From: Phoronis australis
Taxonomy: Eukaryota; Animalia; Phoronida
Assembly: GCA_002633005.1 (NCBI GenBank)
Contig: NMRA01000345.1
Location: forward strand, 124,001-188,000
DNA: 64,000 nucleotides
Direction: 5' to 3'
Positions within the stretch are counted from its first letter, which is position 1; each line of letters opens with the position of its first letter. Both the position numbers and the translations under genes were made by a program. This document shows, piece after piece, positions 1 to 11,600 of the stretch. The notes beneath the pieces were generated by a model. That model was not told the DNA's origin. It saw only the letters and a program-made list of their open reading frames with translations, and made no database searches.

Positions 1-684
1 TTTGCAGCGTGTGTACTTGTTGCAAGCAATGCTTGCTGTCGATTCATACTTTGAACTTTGTACAGAAGCCTTTGGGTGAAAGGTCCGTTTTATTCCTGAA
101 GGCATATTTCCTTGAACAAAAGACACGTGGAAGGAGCAAATGATTTTTTTTGAAATTTCACCTGCCCGTTAATATACGTGTGAGCATTAGGGTGTGTTGA
201 TCGACTGTCCAAGCTTATTGCACATTCACATATGTTGCCAACGTCTGCGTAGAGTTCATTTCGAACAGATAGAAGGATTTTGGAGATCTTTTTAAATCTC
301 GTCTATTCTCAGGTAAGGCTTTTGCTTGACTGAAACAAAAATAAGCAATGGAGACAAACTGCTAAAAACCTATTAATAAGCAACTAGGCGATAGTGAGCG
401 ATCTGAAGCAAGTAGAGCAGCGAAGAAGCGAGAACGCGTTCATATTGCTTGCAAATACTCTACATGTGTTTGCTGCACTGAAATAATCTGACACTAGTTG
501 TTATTCCAAATGTTTCTGAAGTATATGTGTTAATGTTCTAACAGAGCGTGAACCCGCATTCCACCAAAGAACCGAACTTTGGTTTTTACCTTTGCTCTAC
601 AAAATTGGTTTCAACTTGTTCTTTATTCAAATTTTGGACTCGGCGCATGAAACGACACGTGGTGACGAGTCAAATTGTAGAGTC

Positions 685-996
685 TGGAGTCTGTTTCATA
701 AAAATGACTTAGGACGTAAGACTGAAATGTGGTCTATTCTTGAAAAATGATTAAATTTCACATGAGCAAAAGTGCAAAGTCTCTGAGAATATGCTAATAA
801 CTACTCGTTCCTAGATAATTTTTACAAATCATTTCTAGAATGTGATGCACTCATAATTAATCCTTTTTTCAGAAATCGTGAAGTGTGAGCGTCAGACTAA
901 ATTTCTGTCTTAAGTTCTAAGTTAAATTCCAGAGACTGACCCCAGAGACTGACCCCAGAGACTGACCCCAGAGACTGACCCCAGAGACTGACCCCA
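685..996. mobile_element. MITE whose right terminus has expanded into a 13-bp tandem repeat
   Basis: Imperfect inverted ends (ctggagtctgtttcat...gagactgaccccag); a related copy is at ~31935-32183. Confidence 0.55.
929..995. repeat. 13-bp minisatellite (CCAGAGACTGACC) x5
   Basis: Perfect tandem copies seen directly. Confidence 0.95.
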
Positions 997-1369
997 GGTC
1001 TCAAGCAAAACCGAACTACTATTTCCTTTGAAGCCACGAAATTTAATTTACTTAAGAACAATTTGATAATATAACGACGAGGAGTCTAAATCAAAAGCTT
1101 GTTTGGTGTTGGAAGGCGGCATCCGAAACACATCGAGTATTTCCGTTGATCAAATTATTCCTTGGAGGTTTTTTAAAACTACATATGTGCGAAATTCAAT
1201 TATTACAGCAAAGAAATTTTGGTCAATAGACCTCTAAAATCATGGCTTCGGTCTAGTTGGTCTTAAAAATCATATTGTGAATACTCTTGTTTAAGCTTGT
1301 TATCACATAACAGTCCCTTTCTGTTCTGACTGAATTTCGGACATGCGAAGATATGAAACACCTTCCAGG

Positions 1370-1860
1370 AATAATTTGAGGTTACGAAAATACCCGAGGT
1401 GTTCCTGATGGGAAGGCAGTTTACTGCCGTTTCATATATAAGTGAGTTTAATGGTTGTTGCAAAGATAAGTTTCCAAATTTTAGATTTTCTTATATTTAG
1501 AAGTACAAATAGATTGTGGGTGTGCTTGATATTCAGATTCATTATTTTTAATTTTGCAGAATTTTGTTTGCTCCTCTATGCACATTCAAGATGAAGGTAA
1601 GGTTGACAGTTTGATTTAATAATGTAGGTTCTCGTTGACGTTAACTATTGCATATATAGGGCCGTTACCTCGTAGTTACATTCACACACTTAATCGGTTA
1701 CGTTGCTCCAATCATAGGTTTCAAGTAGAAGTGGGCAGGCACGAGAAAGTAGAATGTCGCGATAGATTACGTTTGATGTGCGACGATAAACTTGTTGTCG
1801 ATGAGTATCCTTTTACGTTCATATAATCAGCTCGGGCCACGTGTCATGAGAGAAGTTCAG
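1370..1860 (+). mobile_element. Decayed 3' end of a non-LTR retrotransposon ORF2
   Basis: RCSNHRFQVEVGRH...RDRL..MCD....DEYPF resembles the C-terminal Cys/His motif of RTE-X/CR1-group LINE ORF2 proteins; the frame is broken. Confidence 0.6.
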
Positions 1861-2364
1861 TGGAAGCACCCTAGTCAAGAATCTTTCGTATGCCTCTTAG
1901 CCGCTCCCGATATCTCTGTAATGTATTTTACTAATGGAAAAAGAGGAATCAAAACTTTTAAATATATTGACTGAACCGAGCAAATAGGCCTGTATGAATT
2001 AATTGCTAATATATTTTGGGCCAGGGGGCTTTAATATAGGCACTCCTAGATGAGTGTCAGAAGTAAACTGACAGTAATTTTAAAGGGACACAGTCTGTTT
2101 AAGGGCCGAAAAACTGATTTTGGGGAATGTTGTTGGACAGGGTGGACTAAAGCTGTCATCTTTGGCCAGAGCTATAAAACGGTGAAATCTGTTTTGTTTT
2201 GTGATTTATTACAGAATTGTCGATTGGCGACATAGGTCCTTTCTAGTGCCTATGTACTTGTTTGACGGTAGCATATTTGAGAATATTCTACCAAGAAGGT
2301 ACTATGGCACATTAGTTAATGATATGGTCTTGAATATTACAGAAGCATAGTGCATATTTGCAGA

Positions 2365-2680
2365 GCCATTAGGTCCATGGGCCTCTGTGCGGAACTGCGC
2401 TTATCATATGCGAAACTTAGGCGCATGCGCCAATATGAAAACCATTTGGGTAAAAAATCCACGAAAAAATCATCGTTTCGGGCTTAAAAGTGCGGCAATA
2501 CAGTAATACAAAATTATTTATAAATTTTCTTGAAAACACGACAAAGAACTCCTAAGATGCAGAAGCAAACGTAAAAGTTACCATTAGGAGTTACAGTGAT
2601 AGTCAAAACAGGTGCGCCTACATGCGATTTTTATTAAAATATATGGGCTTATGCAAGGGACATTACCTGGGCTTAAATGG
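2365..2680 (+). repeat. Dispersed repeat family (other copies ~11385-11570, ~12240-12430, ~19870-20245)
   Basis: Shared blocks such as gccattagg.ccatg, gcgaaactt.ggcgcatgc, ttgggtaaaaa, cagtaatac and gtcaaaac.ggtgcgc. Confidence 0.7.
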
Positions 2681-3182
2681 GCGAGGTAATACGGTAAGCT
2701 AGTTATCAACCTAGTCAGTGAGACAGGTAAAAACGTCGAGACTTCCCAGTATGGGCTGGAGCATTAGGCCAGACGTAATGCTAGATGTTTTTAGGTGGGC
2801 TTGTACCCGGGATTTGTCCACGACCGGTGACAGTGATTTAAACTCGAACCACTAATCAGTCTATTATAGCACCCAAACCTTTTTAACACCGACCATTGAT
2901 AACTTGTGTCCGGCCTCTCGTGTACGTTGAAAACTAGTTTTTCCATTAAACCTAGGCCATGGGTAACTTGCCAACTGATAGTAGTATAGCTGAGAGCTGG
3001 CGACCGCTTCTAAAGGAAATGCATAGAAAACCAGAACGCCCGACCAGGTCAGATTTACCTTAAACAAACTTTGTCCTTCTTTGATGTTGTTTAAACCTTA
3101 CTCATATGCAATTAAGTTAAATTCAAACCCAAAGGTAGCTAAATTCGTTTGGCGACTTGTTGGCAATCGGGCGTTGACAGCC

Positions 3183-5324
3183 ATGTTTTCTTGCGACCAA
3201 TGTCACACATTTTCTGGTCAGGTAAGCTATGAGCTGCAGCGTAGCTGCAGTTTCGGCAACGTATTTATAATCCAATCTATTATTCACAGGTATCTGTTTC
3301 CAGACACGCTGTTTAGTATGCTTTTAGTTTATATTATTGATCAAAATAAATCAGTCGAGCAGATCCATTAAATGATTATTTACCACCTGCATGCCTACGG
3401 CTTCCACGTATATATTTTGCCTTGGGAAAACTGCACGGGCGAGTTTGTCTTTGAGTAAGCATTTAGAGTCACAAAAAGTTTGCATAACGCAAAGTAGCAC
3501 ACGTGATGGCCTAGTTGCAACACCAAGTGAAACAAAAAATGATACATGAATCTTTCACCACTACTTCGATCGATATTGCAATGTCCGTTCTATATTTTTG
3601 ACCATCACTCCTGATTAACTGGTGCCAAATTCAAACACGACTTTTAAGTGAGGGAACCCGTTGACTGTTTCCTGCAGCGCGTCTCTGCAAAATAAAAACA
3701 AAGGTAGCAGTGGCGGACTTAGAGGGGGGCCAAGGGGGCCATGGCCCCCCTAATATTCTCCCAGATTCCATTTGGCAGTTCGGAGTGTGAATGTCAGATG
3801 GGCTAGTACTCTGCCCTGCCCCCCCCAACTCGAAATCCTGGATTCGCCCCTGGGCCGTGCCAGTAACCACATCTAAAACCAATGATTAACTTTTTAAAGA
3901 TTTGATTTAATTGAATTAGAATTAATATTTGAACAAAATTGAATCTTAATTAAAATCAATGTGATACTATCTCAATACAAACAGGATCGGACCAAGAGTG
4001 ATGACCAAAGAGGAATACCGGAATAGGAAGCTTCATTCAAGGGACAGTCTCGGTGCCGGAACCCTTGTATCCCCTTTCCTCCGGATTCTCTTAATCTGGC
4101 TATCTGCAGAAATAGAAATCGTGTCATAGTATTTCATTTTTGTTTATATTTAGGTACACGATGTCTTCGTTTCATTTCTTTTCTTCCCTTGCGTATGTCT
4201 GGTGTCGGGAGCTTTTAAGAGATTAATGGACGTTGACGTCAAGTCCGGTAGAAACATGGTACAAGTAAAGATAAACCAAGCTCTGGTAGGAACATTTACA
4301 TTTACCATATTATTGTCGTACTGTTTTGACATGGTATCGACGTTAAAGGGATCATGAATGAACTATGTTTTAATGATTATGGGGATTTTCGTGAACGTGT
4401 AGTGTTTCATTTATCAAAACTTTTGAACCCTAAGAATAGAATGATCTCAATGCTTCTGAGATTTCTTTGAATCATGTTAGAATTCCAATTACCAGAATAA
4501 AATAATTGAATCATCAAAACGTGTATCCTATTTTGAAAGCATCTTATTTTAAAATTTTAGATTTTTTTCGGTAGTACTCGGAAAGGATAATTTCCTGTTG
4601 TACTGTCTTTGTTTCAGTCAGGCTACTTAAACTAAGGTCAGTAACAATTCAAATAAAATGTATAGTAGATTTCTGTCTATTATCACGTGATGTTTCCAAT
4701 AGACGTATGAAGTGGATAACAACGCCGAGAACTCACGTGGTCTGCACGTCGTTGTCCTGAATCAAGCCAGCGTGAGTACCCTGTGCTAATTACCAATGCA
4801 GTATATGAGAAAAGTACGACACAAGGACATCCTTGGAAAGCGCATCAAGAGATTTCTAATTTGTCTACAGTTCAAACCTCTTTGAGTTCTTTTTTATGTT
4901 ATATTGATGTCATCAGCTGCACATTTCTGTATCCCTTTGCATGACAAATTTCAATAGTCATTGGCCTATTATAGTATGTGCAAGGTAACGATGAGCGAGG
5001 GGATTCAGCGGGCAGAATAATTGCCCTCTTCCCTGGTGAGCTGAACAAAACAGAAAAAACTGCCACCATGATGCCGTTTTAAGGGCCCCATCCCATATTC
5101 TAGATCCTCGGTAAGGGAGTAGTCACACATCCAGCGTAGGCTTTCATTTGAAAAGTACTTTCAGGTGCTCATATACGAAGCTTAAGTTCAACTACTACTA
5201 TTTGTAGGGTAGCTTAATGGCGAAGGAAGTGTTTGACATGTATGAAGATGATGCCGCCTCCGACGACCTGATTCATTTTCTGAAGAGAGTGTTGCCTGGG
5301 CGCATTCTAGTTTTCGCAATACTG
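3183..5324 (+). CDS. POMGNT1: Second (probably allelic) copy of POMGNT1-like coding exons 1-4
   Basis: Exons 3183-3221, 4154-4285, 4703-4771 and 5208-5324 encode the same protein as exons 5651-7829. The four coding differences I found are all synonymous. Confidence 0.8.
3709..3852. mobile_element. Short hAT-like MITE (CAGTGGCGGA...TCGCCCCTG); copies at 6177-6320 and 21505-21653
   Basis: Imperfect terminal inverted repeats and a G/C-run interior; three related copies in the window. Confidence 0.7.
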
Positions 5325-5650
5325 GTAATGTTGAATTGAATCATGATAGCAAGTGTTAATAAAAGAAAATGACATCACCTGTCAATATATCTGAACGGGG
5401 TCGTGTGAATATAAAGCTGTTCACCTATTANTAACTTGCCAACTGATAGTAGTATAGCTGAGAGCTGGCGACCGCTTCTAAAGGAAATGCATAGAAAACC
5501 AGAACGCCCGACCAGGTCAGATTTACCTTAAACAAACTTTGTCCTTCTTTGATGTTGTTTAAACCTTACTCATATGCAATTAAGTTAAATTCAAACCCAA
5601 AGGTAGCTAAATTCGTTTGGCGACTTGTTGGCAATCGGGCGTTGACAGCC

Positions 5651-8600
5651 ATGTTTTCTTGCGACCAATGTCACACATTTTCTGGTCAGGTAAGCTATGA
5701 GCTGCAGCGTAGCTGCAGTTTCGGCAACGTATTTATAATCCAATCTATTATTCACAGGTATCTGTTTCCAGACACGCTGTTTAGTATGCTTTTAGTTTAT
5801 ATTATTGATCAAAATAAATCAGTCGAGCAGATCCATTAAATGGTTATTTACCACCTGCATGCCTACGGCTTCCACGTATATATTTTGCCTTGGGAAAACT
5901 GCACGGGCGAGTTTGTCTGTGAATAAGCATTTAGAGTCACAAAAAGTTTGCATAACACAAAGTAGCACACATGATGGCCTAGTTGCAACACCAAGTGAAA
6001 CAAAAAATGATGCATGAATCTTTCACCACTAGTTCGATCGATATTGCATTGTCCGTTCTGTATTTTTGACCATCACTCCTGATTAACTGGTGCCAAATTC
6101 AAACACGACTTTTAAGTGAGGGAACCCGTTGACTGTTTCCTGCAGCGCGTCTCTGCAAAATAAAAACAACGGTAGCAGTGGCGGACTTAGAGGGGGGCCA
6201 AGGGGACCATGGCCCCCCTAATATTCTCCCAGATTCCATTTGGCAGTTCGGAGTGTGAATGTCAGATGGGCTAGTACTCTGCCCTGCCCCCCCCAACTCG
6301 AAATCCTGGATTCGCCCCTGGGTCGTGCCAGTAACCACATCTAAAACCAAGGATTAACTTTTTAAAGATTTGATTTAATTGAATTAGAATTAATATTTGA
6401 ACAAAATTGAAACTTAATTAAAATCAATATGATACTATCTCAATACAAACAGGATCGGACCAAGAGTCATGACCAAAGAGGAATACCGGAATAGGAAGCT
6501 TCATTCAAGGGACAGTCTCGGTGCCGGAACCCTTGTATCCCTTTTCCTCCGGATTCTCTTAATCTGGCTATCTGCAGAAATAGAAATCGTGTCATTGTAT
6601 TTCATTTTTGTTTATCTTTAGGTACACGATGTCTTCGTTTCATTTCTTTTCTTCCCTTGCGTATGTCTGGTGTCGGGAGCTTTTAAGAGATTAATGGACG
6701 TTGATGTCAAGTCTGGTAGAAACATGGTACAAGTAAAGATAAACCAAGCTCTGGTAGGAACATTTACATTTACCTTATTATTGTCGTACTGTTTTGACAT
6801 GGTATCGACGTTAAAGGGATCATGAATGAACTATGTTTTCATGATTATGGGGATTTTCGTGAACGTGTAGTGTTTCATTTATCAAAACTTTTGAACCCTA
6901 AGAATAGAATGATCTCAATGCTTCTGAGATTTCTTTGAATCATGTTAGAATTCCAATTACCAGGACAATATAATTGAATCATCAAAACGTGTATCCTATT
7001 TTGAAAGCATCTTATTTTAAAATTTTAGATTTTTTTCGGTAGTGCACGGAAAGGATTATTTCCTGTTGTACTGTCTTAGGCATATATGTCTTTGTTTCAG
7101 TCAGGCTACTTAAACTAAGGTCAGTAACAATTCAAATGAAATGTATAGTAGATTTCTGTCTATTATCACGTGATGTTTCCAACAGACGTATGAAGTGGAT
7201 AACAACGCCGAGAACTCACGTGGTCTGCACGTCGTTGTCCTGAATCAAGCCAGCGTGAGTACCCTGTGCTAATTATCAATGCAGTATATGAGAAAAGTAC
7301 GACACAAGGACATCCTTGGAAAGCGCATCAAGAGATTTCTAATTTGTCTACAGTTCAAACCTCTTGGAGTTCTTTTTTATGTTATATTGATGTCATCAGC
7401 TGCACATTTCTGTATCCCTTTGTATGACAAATTACAATAGTCATTGTAAATGACGTATTTCAGTTGGCCTATTATAGTATGTGCAAGGTAACGATGAGCT
7501 AGGGGATTCAGCGAGCAAAATAACTGCCCTCTTCCCTGGTGAGCTGAACAAAACAGAAAAAAAACTGCCACCATGATGCCGTTTTAAGGGCCCCATCCCA
7601 TATTCTAGATCCTCGGTAAGGGAGTAGTCACACATCCAGCGTAGGCTTTCATTTGAAAAGTACTTTCAGGTGCTCATATACGAAGCTTAAGTTCAACTAA
7701 TACTATTTGTAGGGTAGCTTAATGGCGAAGGAAGTGTTTGACATGTACGAAGATGATGCCGCCTCCGACGACCTGATTCATTTTCTGAAGAGAGTTTTGC
7801 CTGGGCGCATTCTAGTTTTCGCAATACTGGTAATGTTGAATTGAATCGTGATAGCAAGTGTTAATAAAGAAAATGACATCACCTGTCATTATATCTGAAC
7901 AGGGTCGTGTGAATATAAAGCTGTTCACCTATTGATGAGTTAAAAACACCGTGTCAATGTCTACAAATGCACACTTATGAAGATGGAATGGTGACGCTAC
8001 TTAGATCTAATGAATTTTGATCCAGTGTCTATTTCTAGTATTAAGTGGACGTCCATACTTTTACAATGAAGTTTTTGTAACATTTTCTTTGCATTTTGCC
8101 ATGTCTGTATATTTCCATCGCCCTCACGCAAAACACTTCAGTTTATTCTAGACAAGAGCAAATCGACGATTAATAGGCGGATCCAGGGGACGGATCCAGG
8201 GGATTCGGGTGTGCTCCTTTTTAGCCAAAGCTGCAAATGAAAAAACACGGGAAGATAGGCGATTCCTGTTATTTAAATTGTATGTACCACAGAGTGCAAA
8301 GATCACATGACAATAAATCTCAGTACCGAGTTTTTACTCATTCTTTGTAAAATAGAATTCTCTTCAGAACCTTATCATTTACTTGGACCTCCCCTTTGGA
8401 AAAAAAGCTGGAACCGCCTTTGCAGTTGTTTTATCTTGGAATTCATTGTCAGAAAGCCTTTCAACAGTATCACCAGTGTAGAATCAAGTTTATCTTTGTC
8501 GTAGGACGAGGGGTCGTTTAAATTCAACAAAGAAGCAAGAGATTTCATCGAAACCTTTGGCAGTCAGGTTATCAGTAAGATTGCCTGGAGATGGTCCTGG

Positions 8601-11600
8601 GCAATGGTGTGCTTTAATGCGCCAGGTAGGTCACGTGACACGTCAAACGCGATTGAAAAATAAACATCGAGATCATCACGTGAACTTTGACATTTTGAAT
8701 CACCACGCAGCGCCACCATTGAAAATCATTACTTTAGATCATGTTTTGGGTAGGGACTCTGAGTTAACTTTCCTAATTAAACGTGATAAAACCCTAGACC
8801 CACCACAAAAACACGAGTCTTGATGAACCTGCCTGAAGTCGTCAATACTATACCCGCTCAATACATCATCTAGACAAGGATCTCAACCATATTTTGACAG
8901 TTTTATGCTGTTTGAAACTGAGAGCGTTATTGTACTTCATTCCTCGGATAAAACTCTACTGCAAGGGTTGTTTGTTGCAGGCATCTCTTTAAAATGAATG
9001 AAACAGTACGAACCATTTTCATACGAATGGTATTTCTTTAAGTCTTGGTCTTATAATATAATTTCACATTAGTAATATAAGTTATGATTGACATTTTTCA
9101 TGTAGACAAATATAATGCAGATGTAAATATGAACTTCGTTACTCAATTCGAGCGAGTGTGAATGCGAATGACTGTGTGAAAATTCTTCCCCTTCTTCTAT
9201 AATGCTCTTTTGTTAGACCCAATCCCTACGAGTTATTTGTTTTGTATTATGTATCCCATATTGTTACTTACATTTCAAGAATATGTACGTGGGGTTAACT
9301 AACCCCAGCCATATTCACTGATATGATATCTGGTGAGGGAGCCCACCAAAAAAATCACGAGTCTTGATGAATGTGTGAAAGTGTCTGTCAATCGAATGCT
9401 ATTTAAAACAACACGTAACTTTTCCTTCTTGGTTCCGCATTTTTATTGAAGCTGTTTGTATTTACAGATTCTATGATCAATGAATCGTTCTCTGAAAATG
9501 CTCTTCTGTCTACGTGGAGCAAGGAGGTGCATATCGTAGCGAACGTGGAACTGAAATCAGCGGAAGGTATGTTTTATTAAAACAAGCCGTCGTCATCAAT
9601 AATACATTTAAAGTGACAATAAGCCCACGTTCCGTCGAAGAAACTAAATTTTGATTTAGACCACTTGCCGCTATTAAACTGGTCTCAGCTGGTTCCTTTT
9701 TCAGATGAGAAGTGTTTTTGGTCTTTCAAAGACTGGAAGTTCGTAACTGCAAGAGACTATGCTCGTTGAATAAAATGACTAACCATCTTCTAGAGCCTGG
9801 TCTCGAGCAATCGGTCAGTTCTTTCCAAGCCGAGGAATCTTCTATTTTGACTAAGGAACAATTTGTGACCAATCTCATAATGGTAAGTTGTCGAAATCAA
9901 CTTTATATGAGACACAGTGAGTTTATAGCCGCTTATCAATTTTCATGATGTAATTCTAATTACAGTACATGGTCATTAACAATAACAATTAGTGACGGGT
10001 CAAACTCGTGCCACCTCTAGGTGTAACGGGGTTCTTAGAAGATCGAGCACGGGTGTGCGGTACATTCATGGTGATCAATGATGAGTACTTTCTATTTTTT
10101 CTTGGCGCACTATGGGTGTACCGGCATACACGCGTGCTCGTTCTTCTAAGAACGTAATAACACCTGAAGAAGGCCAGAGAAATGGCCGTTCGAAACGCTG
10201 TGTCAATGTGAGTAAGTTAGAGGTTGGTGTAAATAGACCAACAGATATAGAAATGATGTTCCCACATTAGGAAGACAAGTGCAGTCTTGTTTTTACTGAA
10301 ATTCCATCGACAGCCCCGGCTTCATTTCCTCGGTGTCCTGGTGAAAGAATACAAAGAACATATATTAGTAATGACAAGCCATGGTTTACGTGTATTTCAG
10401 AAAACAACTATGAATAACCCGGCAAATAGATGTATGTCTTTGTAGGAACCATCTCACTGACTTAATATAGTTTTCCTGCAGCACCTGTCGCAACTCATAT
10501 TATCGACCACCTGTCTACCAAGCCCTCTCTTTATAGACGCCATATTATAGTTCATTACAACTGAAGTCAATGAGCTTAGTTTGACTTGGTGATTTCAAGT
10601 ACACGTGGCTTTCCAGGCATTTTGAACGACAGTGTCTTCTCGCAGAATTGCGTTAGACGAGGAATCGAGTTACAGTCCAAACTGATACAAAACGGGTTCG
10701 ATTTTTCTAAAATCGAATTCGGACTTGTAATTTCATACAACGGATCTCATAACATTCCATAGGGGGATAAGATTCCATTTCCGACACAAGCTCAAGTTTT
10801 AGTGCAGGCGATGCGTACATGCGCCACTTTCAAGTTTGAATTCATGCATCCACTTTCAGTTGACACCTCTGACGTGTCATGGGAACTTGACCTTATGCTT
10901 GTATTGGCTACTTCTATTTTGGGGTTCACAACCCCCTATGAACTCTTGTCACGGTCAGGATTGTGAGGGCTTCGATAGTGTGAAAGCCTAACTCGTGTTT
11001 CGTTTTTGACAGCTGGAAAGGGCGAAATGCAGTTTTAAAGTGATGTCACTTAACTTTTACTAACCGCCAATCAAATCGGTTTGTCCAAGCTCTCTTGTAC
11101 CCTGAGTCACACACACCACCGACTGGTAATTCAACTAATGCAAGGTATTCGAAAATGGCGTTTCCATCTCTAAACAGATCCCACAAGTTTCTTTGACGTC
11201 ACCCGCCTTTTGACATACACTACAGAAAAGAATGGAATATTTCAGCTGCATGTGTCAAAAACGGTCAAGCGGAATAATTTGACAGTGAAAACTGCTGCAG
11301 TGCAAACGCACCCGAGAAATTCGTTTCAAAAGTTGCATTTCAGAATCTTGTTCTGGTTTGATTCAGCAATAGATATGCCGAATTGCCTAGCCATTAGGCC
11401 CATGCTGGCTACGCTTATATGTGAAACTTAGACTCTTGCATTAATAGGCGAAGCACTTGGTAAAAAAGGGAGGCGAAAAAAGCTTTTATTTCATATTATA
11501 GGCCCATAGGGGTATAGGCACGGTCATACGGTAATAACAACCTGGGGTTACAGCAATGCTTTAAGTTTTTTTTNNNNNNNNNNNNNNNCATGCAGCTGTT

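Larger units (their letters stand above)
2964..7933. repeat. ~2.5-kb direct duplication (2964-5430 / 5432-7933) joined by a single n; likely haplotype duplication in the assembly
   Basis: Near-identical copies with scattered SNPs and small indels; the junction is the single 'n' at 5431. Confidence 0.9.

Noticed and set aside
3081-3371. 96-aa single-exon ORF present twice (also 5549-5839)
   Set aside because: Only the 39-nt ATG-to-GT segment fits the spliced gene; the rest is UTR or intron, and the duplication is allelic.
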